A stretch of DNA of 64,000 nt from Phoronis australis. Its lineage: Eukaryota > Animalia > Phoronida. The stretch is from assembly GCA_002633005.1 (NCBI GenBank), contig NMRA01000570.1:95737-159736 (forward strand). Direction: 5' to 3'. This document shows positions 1-11,965 of this stretch, in pieces (the stretch's first letter is position 1; each line of letters begins with the position of its first letter). The position numbers and the translations under genes were made by a program. Under the pieces are notes generated by a model. It was given only the letters and a program-made list of their open reading frames with translations, did no database searches and had not been told where the DNA came from.

Positions 1-955
1 AATTTGATCTCTCTTCGCTATGTTCAGTGTATTCAGAAAGGTAAAGAAATTCGTCATAAGTAATCTAGCTTGCAGAAGTTATTAGTGAAAACCTGGAACA
101 CAAGAAGGAAAACGACAATAGCGCGTTTCATTTGAAAATTTGTAAGTGAGGGCTGAAATGTTGAAGAGCCAGCCGTTCGCTGAAACTCGTTGAGCCTTGC
201 CTGAAGCAATGAAGTTCTTCCTGAACACTGAAATCACTTCTAAACTGAGTAAGAAATAAGTGAAACTGTTTTTAAAGCATCTTATGATCAAAATAATAAG
301 TTTGTTGTTTGACAGTAATCAATACCTTTAAATTATGTCATCAAAGTTCTGCCGTTTCTTTTATGTTATGGCCTAGAATTCTCTCATCTCAATGTCTTTG
401 CTCTTCGTTTGCGGAGGTAGAAAAACACATTGTGTGCTCGATGTAGTTTTAAAATGCACAACTGCTAACACACTTCTCAGCGTAGTCAAGCACGGATACG
501 ACGGTTTACTGCACCTTGTTCAGCATTGCAACTTTCTGTGTGTTACAGTTGAATTTTATTCACTTTAGAATATCGAACTGAATCAGATGTTAATGCAAAG
601 TAGTAATTAGCGCGGCAGCAGTGTGGCTGATGCCCCACGGATACACAGCATTGTGGGTAAATACCGTAGAGTCCGATGTGTTGTGGTACTTTGGGACGTG
701 GCTGTTAGTACGTTTCGAAAGGCGAGTTTGTTGTGAGTTTGTCGATATCCTGCTAGGACACTTATTAAATGGCTAGTGTTCCTCGCAGCCTTCTGGTGCA
801 CACTAGCAAAATTCCTTGGTGAGGCTGGAGTAATGAATTGACGAAATAGATTCCGTTAACACGATTTCTGACCAGTAGCTTTTTTGGAAGAATCTTGCTT
901 TATGTCACACACATGTACTACAGCTCATTAGCTAACCTCCCCTTTATACATGCAG

Positions 956-1131
956 AGTTCATCCTGCTTGAGAATGTGACCAGCCAGTTCCAGTGTCCGT
1001 GTATACTGGACATAAAAGTGGGCACTCGCCAGCACGGAGATGACCAGCCGCAGGACAAGATACAGAGAAAGATGTTACGCTGTGCCAACACTACATCCTG
1101 TACACTCGGCCTTAGGCTGGGTGGGATGCAG
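956..1131 (+). CDS. IP6K: Inositol hexakisphosphate kinase (IPK family), penultimate coding exon; upstream exons lie outside the window
   Basis: Encodes FILLENVTSQFQCPCILDIKVGTRQHGDD...LGLRLGGMQ, containing the PxxxDxKxG inositol-phosphate kinase motif; tgcag acceptor ending at 955 and gtactg donor at 1132. Confidence 0.9.
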
Positions 1132-1587
1132 GTACTGTCTCACACTTTGCATACCGCTTTTGTTTGGCCTCACTAAAGGATTGTTTTCAACTGCAGAATT
1201 GATCGATAAAATCGTGTCCCCAATGTATCTTTGGAGAAAAGCATGTGACCTTCGAAGTAAAAGATGGGCACTGGTATCCGCAGGAAATGACATTTCAAAA
1301 TATGACTAATTATAGTGCTTACTGTCAAAAAAGCGTACTAAATAATATTCTCTTTTTGACTGTCCTCCAACCTTCTGTGTGGATTTTCCCTCCCAAAAAG
1401 CTGATTTCCACCTGGTTTTCAACAACATTTCAAAACCGTTGTATACCCTTTGTCAACTGCCTCCTCTAGTGTACATTGGACAATGTCAAAAATCTCCGTG
1501 CGTGTGGACGAGCCCTGACTAAAATACATCTTTATGACTATTTCAGGTTTACTAGCTGTAGCTCTAACTTCTAATTTTGTTCTTCAG

Positions 1588-2061
1588 GTTTACCAAGTGC
1601 CTTCAGGGAAATTTCTTACTCGTGACAAGTATTGGGGTCGTAGAATCAAGGGGGACGATTTCATGGAAGCATTAAACAATTTTTTCTACAACGGCATCTG
1701 TTACCGCACTGACGTGTTGGAGCCAATGATAGAGAGGCTGACGGCATTTAAGGAAATGGTGGAAAGACAGCATACATTCCGGTTTTATTCCAGTTCACTG
1801 CTAGTCATGTACGATGGGAAATCTACAGGGGAGACAATGAGTGAGACAAATTCTGTGCCTTGTGAAAATGCATCAAGTGGACTGCCGAGTACATCGCAAA
1901 GAATGGTGGATGTGCGCATGATTGACTTTGAGCACAGCACATTCCAGGGCTTTTGTGAAGGGGCCACGGTGCACCCTGGCCCCGATCAAGGCTACCTGTT
2001 CGGGCTAAATAACCTGATTAAAGCACTGCAAGATATCAGACGTAAGAATACAGCGTCATAG
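1588..2061 (+). CDS. IP6K: Inositol hexakisphosphate kinase, last coding exon
   Basis: ttcttcag acceptor, then VYQ...FRFYSSSLLVMYDG...VRMIDFEHST...GPDQGYLFGLNNLI and TAG; SSLL and IDF motifs; in frame with the previous exon (GMQ|VYQ). Confidence 0.92.
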   Translation, partial: VYQVPSGKFLTRDKYWGRRIKGDDFMEALNNFFYNGICYRTDVLEPMIERLTAFKEMVERQHTFRFYSSSLLVMYDGKSTGETMSETNSVPCENASSGLPSTSQRMVDVRMIDFEHSTFQGFCEGATVHPGPDQGYLFGLNNLIKALQDIRRKNTAS

Positions 2062-4301
2062 CTCATCGTCGAGCTGCTGTTAATGAGTGTCTGAATGTAA
2101 TTTGTGCTTCTTTTATCCAGTGGGATACATTTACCTGTGTAGCAGACGTCCACAAATCTGACCGGTCACATGACGATGCTTGCTGCCACCTACCTGTGTT
2201 GGAAGGTACTTCTAATTTGCTGGTGTATAAAATACAAAATTGGGCATGTTGCCACTAGAGGGCAGTAAAGGCTGTCGTCCTCATCATTGCTTTGTGGCCG
2301 TCTGCCACGAAAGCTTCAAAGGGTATTTCCTGATGCTTGCCTTGAAATGTTTATTTTCCTTGTATTGTATTGTCCACATAATGCTGTTCCTTAAAAATGA
2401 TGGTTTGGACTGAACACTGCGCGTTTATTGTATGTCCGTTTGAAAAAGGCCTCAGTTAGTGTAAGAATAAGTTATTTTGTGAACACAGCTATGCAAACTT
2501 ATGGTTCACTGGCGTCCGATTTCCACGCAGTGTTGTTGCATATCTTGTTTGTTTTTGTTTTTGTTCTGACTCGCATCGTTTTTCATTTTGAGCTGACATA
2601 GCTTTCAGATCGCGTAGTTGGAGTTGGTATTCCAGTGGTAGAGATTGAAGATGTTAAACAGGGTATCTGACTATGGGTGACCATGGAGTGGTATTCCTCC
2701 ATAATTATGATGTACCTGTGACTGGGGGCAGACCTATTGAACCCATCTCAGAATCTCTTGTATGCCTCCAGCTTCTCTGTAGCTAGGTATACTGGTGATC
2801 CGGTGGCTTAATTGACAAGTGTCTAAATACTCACTTGTGTACAAGGATATGATGGTGAAAGTTACTTGATTGCTTATTCTAAATAAAGGCACCCCAAAAT
2901 TTAGGGGTCTTTCCGTATTTCTGATTTTTGAGAAATATCAATTTTTCATGTTTAAAAGTAATGGAAATGGGATAAAGGCTGAAAATTTCTTTTTCTCAAA
3001 TCAGAAATTACGAATTTATCACCTTTTTCTCTCAACTTTCCTATGTCTCAAATTAACGAGAAATACTGCATACGAAGTACCAAATTTTTTTACCATGTTA
3101 GAGTCAAAACATTTGCTTCATGGTGTATGAATCACACAAGACTGAGTTAGTAGAATTTCACTGTAAGTGTGTAAGAACTATTGATTAAAAAGTGCATTAA
3201 GTGTAGCCACTTTAAAACTGATAGCTATTTTAGTAAATGCAAAAATATCGTATATGTTTCTTCCCTCATGATATTGGGTTCTACATAATCTTGGACAATG
3301 ACAAAATATTTTCCATGCTTGGAAAAGTCATGAAACATGAAAAAAAGAGAAAACTCCAAGATAAACTGATGGAAAATTTCATAAGTTAAGCAAAAAACAT
3401 AATTTCCGAGTCGCATCTTGAGTTCTTACATTCGTGCAACAACAATTGTTAAAAAGCTTACTCTTCGTGTGCAAACTTGGGAATAATGAAATACTTACAA
3501 TGTGGTGGAAACTGATGAAAAATTGAAACACTTTACGAGAGAGAACCAAGTTACTTCCTTTGAATTCCTGGGCTGCGTGTGTAGAGTAAGTTTCTTGCGA
3601 GAAAACCAAGATCGCGCAAGTCTTTGGGAAGTATCGCCATGTATTTCCAGCAAAGTATGTGATTGCAATACCTGTGCAACCCTGGGCCCAGGGTTTAATT
3701 TCTGAACTTGGACTTTACTTAGCCTCAAAACTAATCATGTTGTGTCATTTGAGAGCAAATTTTCAAGATTCTTCAAAACGTACCATGTGATTGTTCGATT
3801 TTCTAGTAAAGCTTTGAGAGGAGAGATTCAGCCCTGGTCTTCATTTGACAGTGCCCAAGGCGTACACGCAGCTTTGTAACGTGTTGTGCATGCCTGTTGC
3901 AAACCTCTAGCTGTGTCCATGGTGTGGTGGGCGTGTACGCTCTTCCTGACCAGTCTACCTGCCCAGTAGGGTAGTCTTCATTTCTGATCATTTCCGTGGA
4001 TATGTAATTCCATTCCATTTAGACTTTGTTCTGTTTGGTGCATGCCACACTGAAGCATTGACAATGCGTTTTAGTTTGACCCTGAAAGTCCCTTCCTCAA
4101 AACTTTCTGGGTTGTTTAGGGACTGTGTCTGTATATATTTTATGTAATGCAATGTATTGTGGGTTCCAAGTCTTTTCAATAGGTGGACTACTTGAACGGA
4201 TCTCCATGTAATTTCAATGTCTAAGTCACCTCTGCACTTTACACAGTCTGATCATCCTTTGTGCGATAAACGACCACTGTAAGCAAGCTGTGAATACAGT
4301 A

Positions 4302-4466
4302 CAGTAAAACTCGCATAAGTCGGACATGTATAAGTCGTATTTTGGACAACATTACGCTGTACGGTTGTTCTAGTTGGTGCCCTTGGCCCTCCCGGTGAGT
4401 CTGATTTCGCCTTACTGGGATTAAATCTCTTTTCCTCATTAGATGTAACTAATGCGAGGTGTACTG
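4302..4466. mobile_element. Tc1/mariner (pogo/Tigger-like) MITE
   Basis: Imperfect TIRs cagtaaaactcgcataagt ... actaatgcgaggtgtactg, flanked by TA on both sides. Confidence 0.7.
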
Positions 4467-5364
4467 TATAGAGCTTGTGCTATTTCTGGAGAGTGTTGTT
4501 ACACAGTGGGACCAGTCTTGGTTCACCTTAGTCCATGTTAATGTTGATGTGTCATGCATTCTTTAAATGCCATTCCACTCGGTCATGTGTCAAAAATTAC
4601 ACACAGTCATATGATTTGTTACAAAATTGGATGTACCTTTCATCTTTTATCTTGTGAAGTGAATCGTGTGCGGCACCATATCCCGAAAAATTGGGCCATA
4701 GCACTGGTCTGCAAAGGATGATTTGATATACGAATTCTCCAGTTTGGGACAGTGAAAAATAGTTTTTTGCTCATTTTTGCAGCAGCTGCTACGTAATTTT
4801 TGAAATGGGCAATACTGTCAGTCTCGAATACAAGAATTACAACCAACGACAAAGGATCATTGGCTTTGTTACACACTATGGAGATAAATGAAAACTTGAC
4901 TACCAATTTTTCAGTCACTGTTGATTCATAGTGTGGAGTTAAATATTTGAGAAATATGATGAATATCAAAGTCGCCCATGTCGCAATCTTCAGAATCGAG
5001 AAAATTGGTTTCGGATTGAATTTGGGTGTTCCCAAGTCTAGAGACTGTCTCAAATTGAAGATTTCCCATAACGTCCAACATAAATGGAGTTTCAGAAGAA
5101 CGCCTTTGAGAGAAATGTGTGACACATAGATTTTTAAATTTTTATTTTTAATTATGTTGATTGTGGTGTTGTATGGGTCCAGCCTTACATTGTTGCACTC
5201 TGTAGGCAGCTCCTCCAACAACCTTGCATTTATTTACTTGCAAGGGCAACCAAGTGGTAGGCACCTCTGTTTTCAAGTTGACAGTCTTATTTACCCAGTG
5301 TTGCATGATGGTCACGGCACACTGTTTTTCGAAGATCAGGGATTATTTGACATATAGGTGGTAT

Positions 5365-5671
5365 TTAAAAGACTACTAAACGTGGTTTTCAAATAGTATT
5401 GGATCATCCCTGCACAATTGTCAAACAAGAGGATGTCCTGTCACTCTTATCGTGCCTCAAAAGTTTGGAATATGTTAAAGAACTTGTTACAAATTCTGCT
5501 GTGAGGGCACGTAATGTCTGTTGGCTAAGACTGTCACCCTTGAATGGCAGGATCCACTTGGGAAGTTTTTTTTTGCTTAACAAGACTTGTATCTCTCAGG
5601 AGCATTGTTCATGCAGAGATGACCACGGGTTCTGGGTAAAATTGTTATAACTGGGCTTAGTATCCTTTTAA
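5365..5671. mobile_element. Degenerate TTAA-flanked MITE (Kolobok/piggyBac-type target)
   Basis: ttaaaagactactaaac ... cttagtatccttttaa form an imperfect terminal inverted pair. Confidence 0.35.
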
Positions 5672-5742
5672 CAAGCCCCTACTAGTTTTTGATTTTAGGG
5701 TATGATACAAAGTTGTTGTATGTCTGTGCCGTATGATGGCTT

Positions 5743-5793
5743 GTCACCAAGGAGACTAGTTGGCACATAGGTAGCAATTAGTCTCTTGGTGAC
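5743..5793. repeat. Short hairpin / collapsed MITE
   Basis: gtcaccaaggagactagttg - 12-nt loop - caattagtctcttggtgac. Confidence 0.6.
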
Positions 5794-6750
5794 CTATATA
5801 ACTTTGGCAGCAGTGTCTTACATCCAGTATATGTCAGAGGTTTTTTGTTAAAGTCTGGGTTAGATGCCACTATTGTTTGTATAAACTGCCATCAGTATTT
5901 GTGTGTCAACACGACTTCAGATAGGGCACATCTTTCAGGACTTCTTTTCAGCACCATTAATTAAGTAGCGCCTGTTCAAAAATTGGCAACTGGTCGGTAT
6001 TCCTTCAGACAGTATCACTCTTTCTAAATTTTGTGGGGCTCAATTTTTTTCATCACAAGACATAGTATATATTGACTAGCACAAAATTTTAGTTACGTAT
6101 GAAAAATTTAATTTCCCATTCCCGTATCCAGTTTATTTTTAAATCATCAATTGTGTGCAGTGAGTGCGTGAAGTTGCAAAATGGAACCCTGCTGTAGAGT
6201 TGGAGGAAAGTTGGAAGGCAATGCATCTTGGGATTTATAGTCTCAAATCAAAGTTATATTTTAATTTTTTGTTTTTTTTTGGGTTATAGTAAGTGAAGGC
6301 AATATTGATTTAGATAAAATCAAAAGTCCACTTATGCAATCGCCAACTTTAGTGTCTTGTAAAATGTATTTATAGTATTTCTCCTGAAAGCATTTTACGA
6401 AGTTGAGTGTTACCTCAACTGATACTTGGGTATTGGCGCGATTTTGTCTGCCAGTCAATTCCAACCACAGTGATCCTGTTTAAGAGTTTAGAGGCTAGAC
6501 CAGTATAATTGTTGCCATTCCCAAGTGCTAAAAGTCGAGAAATGGGTACTGTTGCTAAACTCTCTTATTTCTGTGAATGTTAAAGTGACCAAAAGGCATG
6601 CTTCATGACAGTTTCATTATGAGAAACAGTTCTATCATGACGTTTTTGATGTTGTCTCTCAAAAATTAATGTCAAGTGAATCTCCAACGTGCAACATATA
6701 AACCCTTATGCAGTTCAGTTGTGTAGTGATGTCAGTATTTGATACGGTGC

Positions 6751-6756
6751 AATAAA
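6751..6756 (+). terminator. Candidate distal polyadenylation signal of IP6K
   Basis: AATAAA followed about 25-40 nt later by a GT-rich tract (ctcgttggtgttttagt); an earlier AATAAA at 2882 is an alternative. Confidence 0.4.
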
Positions 6757-6963
6757 ACTTGGTGATATCGATGCCTTAGTACTCGTTGGTGTTTTAGTCA
6801 GCTCACAGGCAAGCTTGCACTGCACAAATACCATAAACATACACATTTGAACCAATGAACCTAGTATGTAAGTCGGCATTGTGAGAAGGTATATATTTCA
6901 CATCGGCAAACTTCAACTTCTGTATTTTGTAGACAAATGACAATTTCCATCCGATGAAACTTT

Positions 6964-7801
6964 AAAACAAGAGCAACGCAGAGCGTTGAAATGCGCCCAC
7001 AATTGCACCGTATACGGTATCCTTCTAGGGTTGTTTATTGGTACCATAAAGTGGCCAGTAGAGGGCATATATGTAGTATGTTGTACTTTGCAAAATGGAA
7101 AGGCATGGTCATTGTCTCCTCAATAGGCTAGGTTTCAAAATGTGAGTGATCATAATAATAGCACATCCTATGCATCAGTTGCTTAAAGCACCACAGAAAC
7201 ATAGACTTAAAAACAAATTTGCCAACATACGAGATTAGCACAGCATTAGAATGCCAGAAACAAATTTCTACTTGGAACTTTTTCATCATAGTCACGAAGT
7301 AACACAAAGTATACACCTGGGCCCAGTTGCATAAAAGTTATACGCCGTATAGCAACAATGACGTAGCATTATCACGCGTCACGTTGTTATTGTTGAACAA
7401 TGCACCTGACGTCATGCAACAATTAAACTTATCCAGCGGATAACTTTTAAAGCTTTATGCAACTCAGCCCTGAAGACCTATGAAAATACAGAGATCAAAG
7501 TGAAATACTTAAATTGCCACTAGAGGCATAACGGTAGTCAGAATCATCCTAAAGTTGTCATCGTCCGTTGTCAACATCACATAAATACACTTGCTAAATT
7601 TAGTAAAGATCCTACAAACGGTTTGGGAGANGTTCGCACATGCCGTCCCATTCATGAATGGAACATATGTGCCAAATTTCATGAACATATGTCAAAGGGT
7701 TTTGGAGATAGAGCAGCGGACGCCGGACGGACGCCGCCCGTACGGACGGACGGAGATGACGGCATAATGCGTCCACATATAAATATGTGGGCGCATAAAA
7801 A
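6964..7801 (-). mobile_element. Non-autonomous Helentron-associated element (HINE/DINE-1-like)
   Basis: Read on the minus strand: TTTTT + subterminal repeat ATGCGCCCAC, a nearby inverted copy GTGGACGCAT, a (CCGT)n-like microsatellite, then at the 3' end GTGGGCGCAT + stem-loop caacgc-tct-gcgttg + CTTGTTTT. Confidence 0.75.
7320..7469. mobile_element. PIF/Harbinger-like MITE nested in the HINE
   Basis: TIRs (g)gcccagttgcataaaag ... ctttatgcaactcagcc with CTG on each flank (CWG-type target duplication). Confidence 0.65.
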
Positions 7802-8128
7802 TGATGAGAATCCCACATCACATGACCTACACGCGGGTCCAAGACTTACGTACTTATTAATTCCTGTATTACAAAGTGAAGAGACCTGGGTAGAGTTAAG
7901 TAATGCCAGGACCTTGATAAAATCTAGCCAAAATCATGTTATTTAACTTTAAATACAAGGTTATCTCTAGTAATGTTGCGAAGTCTTGCTTTTTAGCGAG
8001 GTCTCAGCATTACTGAACTCTACCCACAGGTTCCATAAAACCTCGACGTTTTCAGAATTTTTTAACGAGTATTCAGACAGGATTTTCACACTATAATAAG
8101 TACAGTAACATAGTGACAGTAATTATTC

Positions 8129-8134
8129 TTTATT
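8129..8134 (-). terminator. Candidate polyadenylation signal of TRPN
   Basis: TTTATT on + (AATAAA on -) about 3.6 kb past the TRPN stop, just before the intergenic HINE. Confidence 0.4.
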
Positions 8135-9554
8135 GCACAACCACAAATCCTTTACAGATAGTTTAGCTTAATGTACAAACTTTACATTGCATGGGAAATA
8201 AAATTAATCTTAAATAAAGTGTAAAGCTATATCGGTTAAAAATTAATACCATCAACAATGAAAAGGATAAATTTAGGTAAAATCAAACTCTGATAAAAGT
8301 TATACCTATGTCTGGCTGGGTGAACACCCACCCCCAATTTAGTACTGTCCTCGAGGTACATGTCTAAATAGTGGATGTCGAACATAGGCAGTTAGTTACG
8401 CTTCTGCAATCGCAAAATGAATGACTGGGTAAAAAAGCCTCCCCCTACTTTTGTTATTAAACACATACGGTTAAGATTAATACACACCTGATTTATGATT
8501 TTCTCAACTTAACTGTGGTGGGCATGAACCAAAATAAATACAATAAAGATCAACACAGAAGCACTCACAGCATATTGTGATTCCAGTTTCTCACTTCTGT
8601 TCCATTGCAAGTCAAACTCATGCATATTTGCATATTTCCAATGCTGGTTTCTCATTGGCTAACTATGGGTGGTCGAAGCTCCACTGAAACCCCCCACTGA
8701 TTCCTCAACAATGGTGGACGAGTTTCCGCAAGATGGAGATTTGCCCACTGCAGTACATGACAAAGCTGATTCACTCTTCACAGATTGTGTATGGTGAAAT
8801 CTCACCAATCTAATGCACAATATGGCAAACAAAAAAGTGAAACTCTATTTCTTCATATTTTCAGACAACTAGCACCAAATACATGATTCATCATTATAAG
8901 TTCCCTACCACAGCTGCTGTGAGACAATGTTGGGAGACTTCGGAAAACGAAAAAGGTTCAGTTTTGGCTATTGTCTTTTTTTAAATTAGTGAGATTTTAC
9001 TGTAAAATGGTCGCAACCTCTAGCAGTAACTCAGCTGAAGCTAATCAAACCTTTCTTGCTAAGAGGAAGCATCAACACACTGTTGCACTGAACAAGTTTT
9101 TCCATTGACCAAGAAAGTAAGTTTTCGCATGTCTACAACTTTTCAACACAAGTGGAAAACCAGTATTTCTTAAGATTTAGGGTTGACATTTTGACAAGCT
9201 AAAAATCGAATTCAATAATTGAATTTGTCAGTTTGGTTTCTTCCATATTCACAATCTTAAACACCCTCGCATACAAAAATGAAAATTCTGAATACACATG
9301 TTTTAGACATAACACCATCATGTACCACACGGACAGAGCACAGACATATATCACAGACTTGAGTTACAAATATATCAAACACTTGTTATTAAGGCTAACA
9401 TATCAACTATTAAACATACCTTGAATAAATTAAGCATACATCACGCATTCCAAAAACTTTTTGACAGCATAATTATTAATACTTACAACTACACACCTGG
9501 ATAATAACCGACTAGATTAAATGATTCAGTGTTTCACAAAAAACGTGTGGCTTT

Positions 9555-10330
9555 AAAGTTAGGTAAGGCCCTATCAACAGGTATTTGTATTTACCCAAAT
9601 ATCTACAAAAAAGCGCTTCCCATTTAAAAAGGGACTTTCCCATTTTGTCCCAAACTGAAATGTAATATTACATTTCAGTTTGGGACAAAATGGGAAAGTC
9701 CCTTTTTAAATGGGAAGCGCTTAAAACTAGATTTTAACTCCGAGTGAAAGTATATATTTTCAGAAAGCAGAAAGTATGAATAACACGACTAAATATCGAC
9801 TGATATACCAGTAAATGTTACTGATGAAATCTCAAAAGCGCTGTAACAGTTTTATTAATTAACATCTCATTTTTAATTAATTGTTTTAAGCAACTTTAGA
9901 TTTCTTTCATGAAAATCATAAATGTCCTATTTGTTGATTGCCTTTCATGCAAAACTGAAAGATTTTAGTAAGAACTCCTAAAAGCATTATGGCGAACAGT
10001 GTATCTGAAAGTTGGATATGACAAATGACAAAAAAATGTCCAGGTCATGTATCATTCTACAAATAAATAGGATTAAGTGATAGAAACTTTTTTGTGTTGT
10101 AAAATTTAGCTGAAATGAATGTTTTTGCATGACTAAAGTCAAAATAATGATAAAGAGACAGAATAAGAGAAAACTCAAAATCAAATAAGAGGAAATCGAA
10201 ACCAAAAAAGACTAAATCCTCTTAAAAGAAGAAAATTCCAAGCCCTAAATTGAATGCAATCACTATTTCTGAGATATAATGTTCCAAAGTTAAGAAAATC
10301 TTGACATTTTTCTATGGTCCTACATTACTT
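9555..10330. mobile_element. Old dispersed TTAA-type DNA element, copy 1 (related copies at about 36150-36580 and 56150-56705)
   Basis: Collinear shared motifs ccaaatatc(t/c)aca, gatgaaatctcaaaa, ttcatgaaaatcataaa and tttctgagatat recur among the three copies. Confidence 0.55.
9611..9722. repeat. Perfect 112-bp palindrome with no spacer
   Basis: 9611-9666 is the exact reverse complement of 9667-9722, centred on tgtaat|attaca. Confidence 0.97.
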
Positions 10331-10604
10331 GAAGTGTGTCTAAAAGAACTTGTTAAGGATATAAAACATTTAATGGCAATCATCTCCGACATTTCAACAA
10401 TGAGACAACTGTGCAACACACTTAGTTCCATAGACTATGGTCATTTTACCTGTAAAAATAAGACAAATTCCAACACACGTCGTTACAGCCTTTCACACAG
10501 CATTGATTTCTGAAAGACAGCATTGGATTTTCTGTGCTGCCTAAAACTGAAACATGATACTAAAATTATTATGCAAAAATGAACCACTAGATCACATTAT
10601 TACG

Positions 10605-10914
10605 CAGGGTGTCACTCATATTGACAAGACACCCGCAGGCATGTACCAAAAATTGTGGATAGAAGGTATTTTTTATCAAGTTTTGAAGGACCCACGCGGG
10701 GTCCAATAGGCGCCTAAATTTTCATTACGTCCCCACAAAAGACCCACTGCATTGGCCTCAGCCCTTCAAAAGGCGTACTTGCCTTCGTCCTACAGAAAAA
10801 TCTACCCCACAAAAGGGGTAGGGAATTCGCAGACCTGGTACCCGCAATAGGTGGTCTCTGCCCAATTTTTGGTACACGCCTGCACGCACCTTGTCAATAT
10901 GAGTGAAACCCCAG
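10605..10914. mobile_element. hAT-like MITE
   Basis: About 50-bp imperfect TIRs: cagggtgtcactcatattgacaag...gcaggcatgtaccaaaaattg versus caatttttggtacacgcctgc...cttgtcaatatgagtgaaacccc; CAGGG terminus. Confidence 0.75.
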
Positions 10915-11753
10915 GCATTATGGTCCTCAAAATATACAAGTCACATTTATGTAGCAAAACATGGACGTCCTTAAAAAAATCCACTACAGAAATCGGTAAC
11001 AGCAAGAGTGCTACACAGTCTTGACAGTATTTATAAACATGTAATAAAAGTTACCAGCAATCAGACAAAAGAACATTTCCCATCATGACAACTGCTTGTG
11101 TGTTAACAGCAGCAAATTTCCAATGGTTTAGCCTCCTTCTTAACTCCCCTGTTAAATTCCATCATTCTCGGCCAATCATAGAGGACTAGTCTGGCAATGA
11201 ATTGGGGTTCTGCCAGCCATCTGATGGGAGTTCTGGGTAATTTCATCTGAATACATTTGGCGTGTACTGTATTGTGGAACTTGCACATTAATTCCTTATC
11301 TCATTGATTGCTTGACCAAATTAGTTAGAAACACAACATATGAAGTGAATATGAAGTAGGTTGAAAAGTGCCAAATGTTTTTAAGAATGAGTTTTGAGGC
11401 AAAAATGATCTGCCGTATATCCCTGAACCGTGTCCAGTATCGTGACGTGGTGCTCGGGAATAACTCACGATGCGGGCTATGTGAGCCCACGAGGTACGTC
11501 ATTCGTGCAAAGGTTACCTATTTGCAGAATTTTTTGTTTTCATTTATAAGTTGTCAGTGCATAAAACTGCACTTTGTTTAGCGTACATTACGTTCAAATA
11601 GCATTGCCATTTACTTCCTGCTATACATTAGCACAGTTAGGAGGATGCAAATACATCCATAAAAGACCATTCCACAGTTAATAACCACACAATTCTCAGA
11701 TCTGACTGCACGTACAAAAGACTGCCCAAAAACATCCTTCAGAAATATCAGAA

Positions 11754-11965
11754 TTAGTCCTGCTTCACATTTCCATTGACTTCCCTGGTCTCATTGACCT
11801 CTTTCACCGTTCCCGTGGTGACAGGTTCACCGCTGCCAGCCTTCTCTTCACTGTCATTATCTGTCATCCCTTGCATCACTAAATACTTATAAACCACATT
11901 CTCCCAGTCTATCACATCTTCTATTCGCTGAGGGCCATGAGCACCAGCACTTCGAACAAAGCCAC
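11754..11965 (-). CDS. trpn1: TRPN exon 29 (C-terminus, stop)
   Basis: ttgtag acceptor, phase 1; GFVRSAGAHGPQRIEDVIDWENVVYKYL...VKQD then TAA. Confidence 0.88.

Noticed and set aside
4640-5221. 193-aa minus-strand ORF
   Set aside because: No recognisable domain; AT-rich composition in a repeat-derived region downstream of IP6K
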